Positions 27,474 to 41,567 of a stretch of DNA of 64,000 nt are shown here, piece after piece. The position numbers and the translations under genes are program-made. Source of the DNA: Trichoplax adhaerens. Lineage: Eukaryota; Animalia; Placozoa. The stretch spans positions 5,265,006-5,329,005 of the forward strand of contig NW_002060949.1 in NCBI RefSeq assembly GCF_000150275.1, given 5' to 3'. How positions within the stretch are numbered: the first letter of the stretch is position 1; each line of letters opens with the position of its first letter. The notes beneath the pieces are model-generated. The model searched no databases and was not told the DNA's origin. It was given only the letters and a program-made list of their open reading frames with translations.

Positions 27474-29919
27474 TCTTTATTATTTATGTTTACCTTTCTT
27501 CTTATACCGTTCTTATATTCTATAAATAAGTTTGAAATGTTATTTTTAAGTGCGAGAAAAGATATTGCTATAAAGTAAAGTTTAAATATTTATGAAATTG
27601 AGATAGCCAACATTGATACATTCTTGAATAATATAATTTTACAGTTAGTATATGGAAACCATATGGCATAGAATTCGTACACTGTATGCGAAAAGTACAA
27701 GATCCATATCCTATCCACTGTATCCACTGTTGTAGTTTTCAAATACTGCAGATGCGGAAAGCGATTTATCACTAATATAGTTGAATTTACTCTATACGAA
27801 ATCACCTTATATGATGGTATATCATGCATTGGTGCTGTCTATATTGTTGTAAACACTACAGTGCACTTATGTGACTGCATGTGTGAGTAATGAATACACT
27901 TGTGTAGTAGCAATTAATACAGTACAATCAATTCGAGTTCTATATTTGAAGTGCAATATATGTACTGTATGTGGCATCGGGAAAGACCAGCAAAGCGAGC
28001 TAGACATGACTACTATTAAATTATGTACTGTAACACACTTACTACGGGACAAAATAGGACGGGAAGTGAAGTGAATATAATGCGATGGGACATGGTTGAT
28101 TCGATGTTGCAGACCACTGCTGTACAGTATAGTATATTTTTATAACACACTTTAATACGATATTCGCTGGTTCTACAGTACAGAATAGTGCCATAATCCA
28201 TCTATTATTGTTTGAAGTTGTACACAGCGCAGATATAAAAGTCACCGTGTCATTTTCAATGATTCGGCACTTAAGAGAAGTAATTAGACATCTTTAACAT
28301 ACTGTAGTCATACACTTTATGCAAACTTTAAATTTGTGTAATCTTCCTTTCACATAGTACACCTGATATACATACTGTCAGTACTGTAGTATTGCTACGT
28401 ATTGTGACAGAACAGTTTCCATTATTTATGAGTACATATGGACTGCTGTAGGGAACGTGTGAAGACGCCATTTTGAAATTTCACTTGACGTGAACGTGCA
28501 ACATTTTAGCTGTATAGGGACCTCTCGATTTATTTTTATTACCAATCTACAAGTCCACGATTTATAGCATAGGATAAGGGTAACCTCATTTTTTCTACAG
28601 ACTGTACAGTAGTAGGAGAGAAATAGGTCTTTCACTACGTAACGGTATCAAATATGTTCGATATTGTTGAAATTTAAAGTTTTATAGAGCGTACAAACTA
28701 TTTCTTAGCTCATTTTGCTTAAGCTTTCCTGGGTATTTCTTAGCTTAATTATAAAAGAGTTAATCGGCTTTAGTAAGAAAAAAAGCTTTGAGTTATTTTA
28801 CCCATTAATTATTGCAGACTACTGTACTAGATACATCCACCTACAGAACTATACTATCCAGTACTGTAGTAGTGGATAACGTACAGTATATGAACTGATT
28901 CATATTTACAACCGTTATTATCCAGGACGTCTCTTATACTGTATATATTCATTTCACTAGTACGTGTTTTTTTGCAATATCATTTATTGCTGTTATGTAC
29001 AGTGTCCTATTTTGTCCCTGATTTAAATAACCGATCCTGTAACGAAAATGATTTCTTCAAATTTAGCTGCTTATTTAATAAATTCATAGTCACTTAATTA
29101 CGATCACTTCATTTTTAGCCCTTTTAGCTGGTGATTTTCTTCCGTAGTAATTACAATTTAAATGGAAGCAACACAATAATCACAGCATGTCATTAATAAG
29201 GATACAGTAATCATTCTAAGTACAGTAGATGACAACGCCGATAATTATAATACGAAGGGTCGGAAGGGACCCAGTATCCATCCACCTAGCGCTTGGCGTA
29301 AGGAGGTACAGCCGTGCAGGTATTTTGTCCACGACTATTCTATACTACGCTATATTTGTTAGATTGTGCGATGTAATACTAAAACTTGTAATTATAACGC
29401 GTTGTAAGTGGAATAGCGCACTTATATAAGCCGCCACTTTTCAATGCAATAAAGAGAGAGGCAGAGTTTAGTAGTTAGTTTTACAATAACTTCCAACTAA
29501 GTGTTTAATTTCTTGTCTCTATGCTAAGTGAGAGTAGTACCAACTTTCAATACATTTGTTAGTATTAATTATTAACTAGTCTAGATAGTAATACACTACA
29601 ACAAGGACAGTATGGTACAGTACTTTATACTGTAGACTACAGTACAGTACTGTACTAAAAAAGACTGGCCTTATTAATACTGTACCTTATTGTACTGTAC
29701 TATACTCAGTGGACTACATGTACTTCATCAAGTCCCTGGTATACAGTAACTGTATAGGCCCCATAGAGGTCAGAGAAAAAATAATCCTCTATGGTACACG
29801 CATGTTGATCTATGTGTTGACGTAGTCAAACATCGTACAGCATGATCTCGTTTGCGTATGTAGGTTAAAAGGCAAAAGCACTTCGTCATTCTATCACATT
29901 CCATTCGTTACTAGCCAAT

Positions 29920-32409
29920 ATGTCGGAGCCGATTAAAATCATCAACAAACTGTTTATTTCATCGACTATAACGAGTCCATTGGAAGCAGCTTATATTGCA
30001 TTCCATGCTTCACTCATTGCAAGTGGATTTCAATGTATTGGTTTAGGAGATGAGGTTAGTTTGAAGGCTAAATGCATTGAGTAGTCAGGATGGTGTGGAA
30101 GATCGTCAGGTTGTTTACCAATGCATGATGCAATTGAAATCAATTTTTTTTTCATCTTTTCTCTAGTCAGCCGCCAATGAGGATATAGGAACGGATAATT
30201 TACCATCAGAATGGAATAAAACGAATGTATTTGCTCTTCGATATAAAAATAAATCTGATCGAAAGTTATTGGTCAAAGCTTTGGCTATTGATCGTGTTTT
30301 AGCTATTAACGCTTTGGTAAATGGCCGCTTATTGCATCAAACTAGATTTCCTACTTTTAAGTTGAAATAACAATTGTACAACACTAGTGAGGAATGATAC
30401 TGTAGGAAAAGAGCAGTAGTTCTGTTGTAGTAAGTATATTTTCTACTATTCCATTGCAGAATGCCGAAGAGGATGTTGCCAATATTTCTATCGACGTGAA
30501 GCGACATGTTGAAAATGATCAAGATTTCAGTACTGCAAAAGGGTATGTACATCTACAGTACAGGACAACAATATATAGTAATCCATAGGCAATATTTAGT
30601 TTTATTGATGCTGTGATTTACCTCTTCTTTAGCAAAACATTAAGATAAAACACTCTACATCTGTCATACATAGCTCAATATGTATTAGCATTTTATTCAT
30701 CTTTATTAGTAAGATATTATGATGGAATATCCTACATTTATTATACTTAGTTCATTAATTAGCTTCGCAAGAATGGCGTCTTGCATTTGCGTACCTCAAT
30801 ATATAGATATACGTTAACATTTTATCTTTATTAGCAAGATATTGAAAATGATGTTTCTGCATTTATTATTCATAGCTCAATATAGATTCATACTTGATTC
30901 ATCTTGATTAGCAAAAATATTAAAATGAGAACACCTTACATGCGTATCTCAATATACGCGTATATTGACACTTTATTCATTATATCAACTTAGCGAAAAT
31001 GTATACAAGGAATTATCAGAGCTATTGGAGATTTTAACTACTTTCATATCGCAAAAACTTCAAGCTGACAATAAACCCCAGTCTAAGTAAGTAATTAATA
31101 CAGGCGATAAATGGATAAATTATGAAATAGTCATTGCAGAAATAGAAATTTAGCCTTGTATTTAGGGTTGAATAATTAATACTTGCGATACAGTAGTAAC
31201 AGCAAGTAGAACCTCTTGTAACTGTAGTGATGTGTACTGTTAAACAGTACTTTCACTACTTTAAATTCCCTTCATTCCTACGGTAATGGGACGAGAATGC
31301 TTAGCATTAAGTCATCATGCAATTAGATTTTCTTTCTATTATTTAAAATCTTTGTTATCATACAGAAATGTACCACATCGCTACGCTGGTAGTACAACGG
31401 TCACAAGGCAAGTGCCACCTTCTCGTCCTCCAATTTATCCTGAAGATGATCCATTGCGAATCGGACCTATGCATGTTCCGCGTCCAAGGTTAGACTACGA
31501 GTATTTTATAACCCTATAGTCCGTTGTATTATATTATAGTATTTTGAGGAATAGAAACTTGATAATTACAGTATAACCGATGATAGCTGGCGGTTGTACA
31601 AATTTTAACTTTTAATATAAATACTCTTATACATCCTTAGTTACCAGCAACCATTTTTTAATCCGGATGGCGATCGAATTCCATGCATGGGGTAATGATC
31701 CGTTATCGGCATGAATTTCACTGTAACTATTTGGCAGCATGCAAACGATATGTGTATACATAAGTTATATAGTGAAGTGCTAAACATTTCTTTGTTTTTG
31801 AAATGCTAATTATGTAAAAATATTTCATATCCCGAAATAGAGGAGGTAGCATGTTGTTTGATCCTCTACGCTCAGGTGGTATTAGACCACCCAATAGTTC
31901 ACGAAGGTTTCCGCCAGAAAATATGGGTGCAGTCCCTCCAGGAGCTAGATATGATCCAGTAGGTCCTTTCGGATTTGATCCTAGCGGACACGGCCCCAGA
32001 AGAGGAGAAGGGTTAGTCTGATGTTTACATCGCATACTGTATAAGAAAAGTTGGTAAATTTTGTATACTTTCTATTAGAAGTTTATTACTTCGGTGCAAA
32101 TTGAACGTTGCTTCATTATCGTTCACTTGGATAGATCGTAATGCTGTCTTATAGATGATATTAAAGTATATACTCGTATATACAATTAAAAAGTAGAAAT
32201 AGATTTAGTATTTTTATCCGTGTTAATAGCAAATGTCTGATACGACCGTCTGTTTATTGCAAAGAGGAAGGTATTTTATATGCACAGTACTGTACATTAA
32301 CGTACATTCACATAAGTCAATTAATATATATATACTATCTACTCTTAGGGTGAATCTAGATCATCTGCCCCCTCCTGGTTTTGGGTCAGGTTTTGATCCA
32401 TTTATATGA
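29920..32409 (+). CDS. PSMF1: Proteasome inhibitor PI31, multi-exon
   Basis: N-terminal FP-like domain (FHASLIASGFQCIGLGD, LPSEWN, FALRY). Pro-rich tail with DDPLRIGP, GGSMLFDPLR, VPPGARYDPVGP, DHLPPPG. Stop TGA at 32407-32409. Confidence 0.92.
30628..30995. repeat. Degenerate tandem repeat inside a PSMF1 intron
   Basis: Recurring CATAGCTCAATAT / TACCTCAATAT / TATCTCAATAT and TTATTCATCTTTATTAG(C/T)AAGATATT blocks. Confidence 0.65.
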
Positions 32410-33981
32410 TTCTTCAATTTCAAACTGGATAATTTTGCCTAGCAATTGATAATAATACTTGATTATGATGTAGAAGTATACTTTACACTCTAAAAAATTG
32501 TAAACTTTTAGTATACTGCGGTAAATCTAACTTTAGTAAAGTGAATATAACCGTACTTAATTTAATACGATTTTTGATTAACCCTGCTAACAGGAAACGA
32601 TAAATTCGTCGCAGAAAATGGTGTAAATTTTCAATGAGTAATTAATTATTTAAAGACAATCTGAAGATAGTTTGCTGTCCTTTGTATACTAAAGCATTTG
32701 TAGTTATTGTTTACATCATACTATTTATGCTGTTCTATAGTAGCTTGTTGCCTGTGTGACCATTCCTATACTCTGATAGCTACTTCAATAATAACTTCAA
32801 ACAACTTCCACGTACTAAAGTATCGGTATTACGTTTGATATTAACGCTTTCAATCTTTTCATCACGAGGCCTAGTGTCTAATATGGAAAAATGCGATATT
32901 GTATATATATCATTTTATCACTACCTTTTGGTAATACAGTATCTTAATAAATATGCCGAATCTCTGATCGCTGGTAAAAGGTAACGATATTGAAATGATG
33001 ACAAATCAATGTATTTCTCTTTCAAATATGAAGTATTTTCGGTTTATCATACTTAGTAATTGTGAATGTATTACTAACAATATTTACTCGTATATCCTTA
33101 CTAAGAACAAATAAAAATACCCTTGCAAAGTGTTACTGATTACGATTCAAAGTTTTTCATATGGATACGCTCTTATATCAAAACCAAAGAGTTAGATTCG
33201 GATACACTAGTTATTGTTATGAGTTGAAAATTTATTGATATATAAAATACTATGGTGCATAACTACAATTAGACATAATTATCATCATAACAACTACGGT
33301 TCTACACATGATTAAGATATCTTCATACAGGATAAAAAAATAACAACCGTCACTTATGAATTACGATTAAGTTATTTTAGATTGTAATCACGTACAGGAT
33401 TACAAAAAAATTCCCTAGGATAGAACATATGCGCGCATAATAGCAATAAAATCTGACAGTAATCAAGCAAGCAGTAAGGTGGTTACTTTACATTAAGAAC
33501 GTCGACAAATATTATAGCATTCACTAAAATTCATTAGCTGGCAATTCGAGAGCCAGTACCGTTGCAATACTATGCACTTATCATATAATAACTAACCAGT
33601 AAATATAGCATAACTTAATTTGAATAATTAATTAATTAATCTAAGAATTAGGTTTTCAAAAATTAATTAAAATGTATATCAAAGAAAGATGAATCTAATA
33701 GATATGACCAGATACTTATACAAAAATTTACATGTCAAAGTCGGCGAACGATTGTTAACAGATCACTGCAGATATTTCATCAAAGTCTTAAATTACTTGA
33801 ATACATAAGCGCATATTGCACTCGTACACTTCATTGAAAGCTAATTAGTGAACGTAAATTATAGTCCCATTTGACACGGCAATTTCAAGATAGATAGCTA
33901 CCATATGGACTAACGAGAGCCATACGATTTCAGTATCCAATAGCAAATACGAATTTTGTTGTATAAACCAAGGATTTAAGA

Positions 33982-35028
33982 TTACTGCATACAGCAACCA
34001 CCGCTTCCTCCATTTTGCTGCGATACAGACTTCAAGCGTCTTTTGGGTCTGTAATGCTCCAAGAAACTAAGCTGTTTCGAATTAATGGCACCACGACGCT
34101 TCCTTTGTAATTACAATGATAAATACACGTTAAAATCGATATAATATTCAATACAGATCTCTTTGCTTGATTACTGTGTCACTTACAAAATGTTAATAGT
34201 CTATCATGAAGTATTGCAGCTATTAATTTATGATATAAAAATAAATATAAAGCTTACTCCCTAATAAATTTGACAGCATCTTCGTATTTCATGCCGGCTT
34301 CCATTAATGCAAGAGCAACCAGAACCGGAGCCCTATAAAAATTAAACCGTTAGCATGTGCCATTGACCAAATCCGAAAAGAGGAGGACTCCTTATTATCT
34401 GTTAGTTGTAGGCCAGCATTAGTGCTCACCTTCCAAGCCCAGCAACACAGTGAATTGCTACACAGCAGCCCGGTTTTTCAGCAAATCGATCAATTAACAA
34501 GTCAAACCATTCCTGTACCACCTTAGGAGGAGGTGGACCACCATCCTCGAAAGGCCAATCCTGAATATACGTACGAATACGATGAATAAGATGTACTGCA
34601 CATGATGCACTTTTTTAAAGTACAGATTAATTAATTATTGACAACACTAGCATTGCTTAATGTGTAGTTTCAAACGGTAGTGATGCCGATCATACTCTAC
34701 TCAGTGAAATTGGTCACTTACGGTAACTTTAATTCCCTCGTCTACTAGCAGGCTTGCTTCATAAGACGGTTCGCATACACGAATTAGATCAGTAGCACCA
34801 TGATTTTTTAGTTGCTAGAATTCAAAAATAAGGGTATAGTTATTACAGCAATAAAATATATTTTTAGATACTTGAGTATTTTTCTAGCGACACTTGCACT
34901 GGATTAGAGCTGTTAACTACCTTAATAAACTGCGGTATAGTGACAGTTGTTGGGCGATCAGTAATTAGAAATCGCATGCCCTTGAATTCAACAATGGATG
35001 GTCCAGACATTCCACCTCGAGACATCAT
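33982..35028 (-). CDS. PTP4A: PRL (PTP4A) prenylated protein tyrosine phosphatase, 5 coding exons
   Basis: [46 protein letters not shown], catalytic [21 protein letters not shown], basic tail and CaaX box CCMQ*. Confidence 0.97.
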
Positions 35029-35682
35029 TGATTTTTTATACTTTTGGAGTCTCTCACTATACTCAAAGCCAACTATTACAGAGATTGCTACACCGTTAAT
35101 GATTTCTTTCTCCCTAGACTGGGTACCAATAGCAACAGTTGCCACTCTATCACTAATATTATGTACATAAAATGGCACGCTCAGTTGAAGGTTGCAATCC
35201 TACTCAGACCATATATACGTATTCGATATTGAGGTAGAACAGTGTAGCACAATTTCTCCACAAGGCTTGAAAATTACCTTTGCCAAAATTTGAGACTCGT
35301 AAGCGTAGTACCTGTCATTAACTCTAAAAGAATTTCGTTTTTACTGGGATCTTCGATTCTCTACCAAGAATCTTTGCCGCAAGTATTAACAATAAATTTC
35401 ACGTTTCACAGTAACGATTATATTGCAAAAAACAAGATCCAATTAATCCATTCGGTGATGTGTTGATTAAAGTAATTCTAGCTGTACCAACAGTTTTCGA
35501 ATTCTTTTCCTATACTGATATTCTCTATTGAAATGCTATCCAATATAGCAGGAATATCCTTGGAAGATAATATTTTAATTAATTCGTCCCGACAATGATC
35601 TCTGCTAATAGTGCTGGGCTTGGCACCAATCGCCACTGTCTTTCAACAACTCAGTTAGTGAGTTAAAGCCACAGCGAAAAAC
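35029..35682 (-). promoter_or_regulatory. Candidate long 5'UTR exon of PRL carrying several uORFs
   Basis: Acceptor-like TTTTTTATTATTGCAATTCATAAAG| at 35683 on the minus strand. AUG uORFs at 35318-35274 and 35168-35088, plus two 2-codon uORFs. Confidence 0.5.
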
Positions 35683-38600
35683 CTTTATGAATTGCAATAA
35701 TAAAAAATTCTTGATCAAATTGAATAATTTCTATAAAATGTTACTAGTAGACAAAGATATGGTGATCAAGCGCATCTTCAATTCAATTCAACCATTACAA
35801 GACTTGGATTGTGACTACTTTATCAAGTATCGATAACAATAATAGTATCAACGGCAACGATATTATAAATGAGTAAATTTGACGTTTACAAGGTAACTAC
35901 GGTAACTTTTATTATCAGAAATTGAAATTCAAGACACAACAGTCAATGGCGGTTGTAAACTTGTAATGGAAGTATATGCAGTAGGGTCGATATTACAATA
36001 CGTAAGATAGAGATGGTTATTACATCGTATTATTGCTTTTGATGAAAAAAAAATATCGCTAGTAGGCATTGCACCAACATAAATGCATAGTAATAGTAAA
36101 GCGAATACAGTTGGATATTGCAATATTCGGATGTATAACGTGTATTTTCATTTTTCAGTTGATTAAAAATAGTAAAACTCGGATTCATCTTACGATAATT
36201 GAAACTGCATGTTCAGTTAGTACAAGCTAGTGCAGTTTTAATCTTTATATGAAGATAAGCCTTAACCATAGACTGCAGAAGTATAGCAATACCATTCCAA
36301 TTGATGGCAAATCATGCCCCAAATAAATAAAAAAAGGAAAAGACGGGTACAATGCAATAAACAATTAACACTGCACTAAACTGTGCCTTTATTAACTTGA
36401 CTCCAGTTTCTAGTATGCATAATACAAAAGTTTCTTACAGTAAAGAATCAATAGAGTCGCAATTATACCACGAAAATAAATGTACTTACAGTAGTAGAAA
36501 GCATTGATACTCAAGCAATATTGTCAAAAACTTTCTTCTAAAATGCATCCCTACTATGCATTACACAGTCCCTTTATACTAACACCGATACCGATGGCAA
36601 AAAGATTCAGCGTCCGCATCATTTTGACATTCAAATACTGACAGTGGCATAGACTAAATAAAACCCAGTGGTAAAATACTGAAACAATTTTCATGACGCA
36701 TTCAACTATTCAATGCACATATGTGGAGTAGTTACTGTAAAGAGCATCAGACATTATCACGTCAACATACTATATGATTTCTATTAAGACTAATGTCAAT
36801 ATTTAATGTTAATCTTGGTAAGGGTTCATAATAGTAATTTCATGGTAAATTAGACGATCCTAATAAGTCACTATGGTATAAAATTGGACACTATATTAAA
36901 CTGGCATGTTGCCTAATTTTGCAAGTGATAGAAAAGTTAATCATAGATGATTGCTATGAGCATCCATTTCTTTCCTAAAGCTGCAAGGATTGTAAATTGG
37001 ATTTATAGAAACTTGATCTCGAATGACATAATTGATTGAATATTTTTCTTTTATGGCTTTTACTTTCCTCGAATATAAAACCTGCAATCATCTTCATTTT
37101 CTAATTTGGGTAGTGATGTCATTCTGTTGCTAAGGCAGCAACGAAATGTGAACGGGATTCGATTCATGATACGAATTGTATATATATACAACACTGGCTA
37201 CAGATAGAACAGTACTACTCATCCATTGTGAAATAAGAGATGGGAAATTTAGGCCAACATATCAATTGATGTATATATCTATATACAAGAGAGAAAGAAA
37301 GTAGTACCGAAACCGTAATCCATTCTCTAGTTTCATGGAGAACACAAGTTAATGTGCTACTACTAATAAAGATCAGCAACAATCATATTAATCAGTCTTT
37401 CATTATCAAGTCAATATCGTCAAGTCTTGATATCACGAATTTTAGATGCCCAATAAAAAAAAAGAATGAACAGAACTGTTCGATCAAGTGCAAGTAATAA
37501 ATAAAGAAGGAGAAACCAAGCGATGTTGATATTAATAGTACCGTATGATTAAGTTGAACTATTCCGTAGCACTTTTGGTACTCTATTTTCTTCTTGGTTT
37601 GGTATAGTATTCCATGGGGAAAAAAAAAAAATGTGTTGCATATACTTGTATTGATGTCAACATCATCCTGCAACAAGAATTAGGCGATACAAGACTATGT
37701 TTGTTCACTTTAACTGTAAAAAATAGATCAACCTAAAGGAAATTCGGGAGGTGTATCGCGAGTTTGCGACATCTTGTAACATCGCACCGAATTACGTATG
37801 TGATCCGGTAGACCAAGAGTGAAAAGATTTGTAAAATTTTAGCGACATAGATGAACATTGCAATTTGATAACCGCCATTTTCACAGTACAAAAAAATCCT
37901 ACTGTCACTATTGGCATAAGATCGAGCGATTGAAACAATAATCAATTGATTACCATAACCTTTTTCCTAGAACATGGATGAATGTAGGTAGTAGTAATGT
38001 ACTGAACTCGTTTTCTAATTTTCCCTAGAATTTTCAACAAAGAAACACGCTAGAATTCTCTGCAGTGTCTACTTTCCAAAGTGTTTTTCCAAAACTGTTC
38101 AAATATACGATCAGCTTAGCGTATCTATTTGTATCATCTACTCCAATCGATTGACGCAGTGAGAGCAGTTTTCAAAATCAAGTTTGGCATTTTATTTTTT
38201 TTTGGTCCACGGACTTCTCTGCAGTAGTGGCATTCAAAATTCCCTTGCCGTATTTTCCCCAAATCCTCATACAAGAGCTGTTCAATTATCGTGGCTATCT
38301 ATGTCTGATGTATTGGAATGGATGTATGGAGGAGACTTTGGCAATGCAATTGAGGATTATCATCCAATTCAGCATGATTTTATGCTTTCTACTACAGTAC
38401 TGAGCATAGACGTATGCAGACGACTATCTATCTAATCTTTCATGCTGAATATTGACAGGTTAAGTTTTCATGTTGCAGTATTGACTACTGTCAAAGTGAT
38501 CGAGGAAATAAAATGAATGATTGCCATATTTCATACAATTTTACCGTCGTACTTTCCTGCAATAATAATACGCATGATACAGTACCGTAAGCAAGAGTTT

Positions 38601-40812
38601 GTATAGCTACTACCGCGCGCTCATCTCATTTTTATGAGTAGAATTTTCAAAAGTGAAAAAATTTTTCCATTTTTACAACGTTTGCGTTCAATATTACTCA
38701 AACTTAATACTACAAACGTAGAATGCAGCGAATGACTGTGGAAATATCGTGTAGTACTAGTATGAGTTGGATTGGTAATTGGGTTTGCTGTGGGTAAAAT
38801 AACCAAATTGGAAATTTGAATCCTACTTCAAATGGATACTATAGAGAACAGCTGTATATCATTGAATCCAACTTGGATGAAATTTGGTCAGTGATTTCTA
38901 TCGACTATCTTGTACAACAAGTCGAGAAAATAAGTGCTCTATTTCCTACACAACATGAATAATATTGCACCTAGTTGAAAAAGATGGGGTAAATAGGCCC
39001 ACTGTAACGAGGCACAGCCGCATGCAGCCCAGTTCTACCTCCTATGGTAGTGCGTATGCTTCTTTTTCTTTACAAACTACGATAGGATTAGTCCATTTCT
39101 CAGCCTAAAATCATGTCATGTAATAAAAGTTGTCAGCAGTGCATAGTTGGATTGGCCGTCCAGTTTGAACTTGCAATCAGAAAATATTGTTCACAATTGA
39201 GCAAGGATTGTAAAAAAAAATGGAACGATTACAACACACTCGTTCCGCTTTAGGCAAGTAGATGAAGAAAGTAGAGTAGGAAAGAATTGTAGAACGCAGT
39301 CTAGTTTGGTTGGACGGTGTTTATAATGATGATGATGATGATGATACTGTCAGGACAATCTCGTTCTTGTCTCTTGAAGGATTGAACGCGTAAAAAGATG
39401 TCACTAGAATGACGGCTATTTTGTACAGAAATTGAACTAATTGAAAGGGAGAAAAATCAATTGCATTTTCTTCCATTTTCATTTTGTAGAGAAATAAGCC
39501 TGCATTGTATTTTGGCAATCTCAATCAAACTATGAATACTGCGGCAATGCGTCTATAGTCCGTTGCATTGGCTATTTCAAGGAATCTTTTGAACGTCTGT
39601 ATATGTGTATGTGTGTATTAAATTGCCATCCTCATTACTTTTCAATGAACTCTTTTACATCAGCGATGCATCCAAGTGTACAAGACCACATGCCACATGT
39701 CCATCATGGTGTAGATGAAGAACATGGACAAGCGTACTAGACTAGTTGAAGAATAACATTGATTGGAAAAGAAGACATGATTGGAGAAAGAAGGGTGCAT
39801 TGGATTGTGTCAAATCAATCCATTCCATTTGCAACACGGGCTTGGTGCCGTTAGGAAAAGCGTCAAATCTCTTCTATTCATGTCCTTTCCAACGTTGGGC
39901 CATGAAATTTTACAACTTTAGGCCCATTATCCGTGCAAAAGATATTAAATCGTAGACGATTGGATTTGATCATTGGTGGAAAAGACTTGAAGCAATCTTT
40001 CATCATGGCGACTGTAAAGTAAAGTAAATGATCATTCTTATCTATTTGACTTTGACTTGATGATGGCAAGTCTTTTATTGTGTTGGAAGGGGGGAAAAAA
40101 AATGCAAGAGTCCATTCAACGCTTCTCTATAGTAGATATGGTTGAAAAAGCGATGGAAAAAAAGGATAAAATGCATGAGAAAAACTTCTTGCATTGCACA
40201 TTGAAATGGAATATCATGATTGAAAGTCATGACACCCATCGACAACCTACTGTACCACAAACGATGAAAAATGATGGAAAAAAAGCATGTTGTACAAAGC
40301 ATCGTTATCAAGCCATGTATCGGACACGGTAGATTAGCGTGGAAAAGAAGCATTTCGATCCTTGTCAATCCAATGGATGATGAGCAATTCCCTTTGCTCT
40401 ATCATCCATGCAATCAGCTAGAAGAGAAATGATTCCTTCTGCTTTACCTGAAAACGATCAGTCATTGACGGATTCAATTGATGACCAGTGAGGAGAGGTT
40501 GACGGCAAACGGTTGAAAAATTGGATCAGCCCTGCAGTCGGCAGACGATGGAACACGATTGCAACGACACACTGACCGGGTGAGTCGTACTTGCCGCTCG
40601 ACTGCCTGGACAGTACTGTACCGTATTGGAGAGGCAAGCGTTGCAGCGGGGAATACCGACGGACAGCCAGTACGGAGTGTGCCATGGGGGCGGTCGATGG
40701 CGCGGCGTAGACCCCCCTTCAAAACTTGCAAACCGGTCTTTTCCCACTACCACACCGGTTAATGAATGCCAAGCATTTTGCACGCGGTTGACTTCAATCG
40801 TGGTTGTACAGT

Positions 40813-41567
40813 ATGGCCAGTCTACTACTGTTACAGCACTCCACTGTCACGGTCAAAGTCAAAGCTTCTTGCTTTCATCGATCTGCCATCGTCCTCGATG
40901 GCCTTGCTGAGACATCGAGTACGATGGCAGATAGTCGATGGACGATGTAGCAGTGTGTAGATGGCAATTCGATGGAATCATCCATCGACTACTTATCTTG
41001 CGCATTCTTACTATGGATGGCCAGTCTACTACTGTTACGGTACCCCACCGTCACGGTCAAAGTAAAAGCTTCTTGCTTTCATCGATCTGCCATCGTCCTC
41101 GATGGCCTTGCTGAGACATCGAGTACGATGGACGATGTAGCAGTATGTTAGATGGCAATTCGATGGAATCATCCATCGACTACTCATCTTGCGCATTCTT
41201 ACTATGGATGGCCAGTCTACTACTGTTACAGCACTCCACTGTCACGGTCAAAGTCAAAGTAAAAGCTTCTTGCTTTCATCGATCTGCCATCGTACTCGAT
41301 GGCAGCAAGGACATCGAGTACGGCAGTCTGTCGATGGACGATGCTATAGCATCATCCATCGACTACTCATCTTGCGCATTCTTACTATGGATGGCCAGCC
41401 TACTACTGTTACGGCACTCCACCGTCACGGTCAAAGTAAAAGCTTCTTGCTTTCATCGATTTGCTATCGTACTCGATAGCAGCAAGGACATCGAGTACGG
41501 CAGTCTGTCGATGGACGATGCTATAGCATCATCCATCGACTACTCATCTTGCGCATTCTTACTATAG
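40813..41567. repeat. Four-unit hairpin-rich tandem repeat (units of about 204, 191, 183 and 177 bp)
   Basis: Units start ATGGCCAG(T/C)CTACTACTGTTAC at 40813, 41017, 41208 and 41391 and carry multiple internal inverted repeats. Confidence 0.95.

Noticed and set aside
35029-35178. N-terminal extension of PRL from the ORF track
   Set aside because: It begins at a GTG and has no similarity to PRL proteins; more likely 5'UTR, although non-AUG initiation is not excluded.
40813-41567. 140-aa and 96-aa ORFs as protein genes; hammerhead retrozyme
   Set aside because: The ORFs arise from repeat units with lengths divisible by 3, with no family motifs or splice structure. There is no CTGANGA...GAAA core on either strand.
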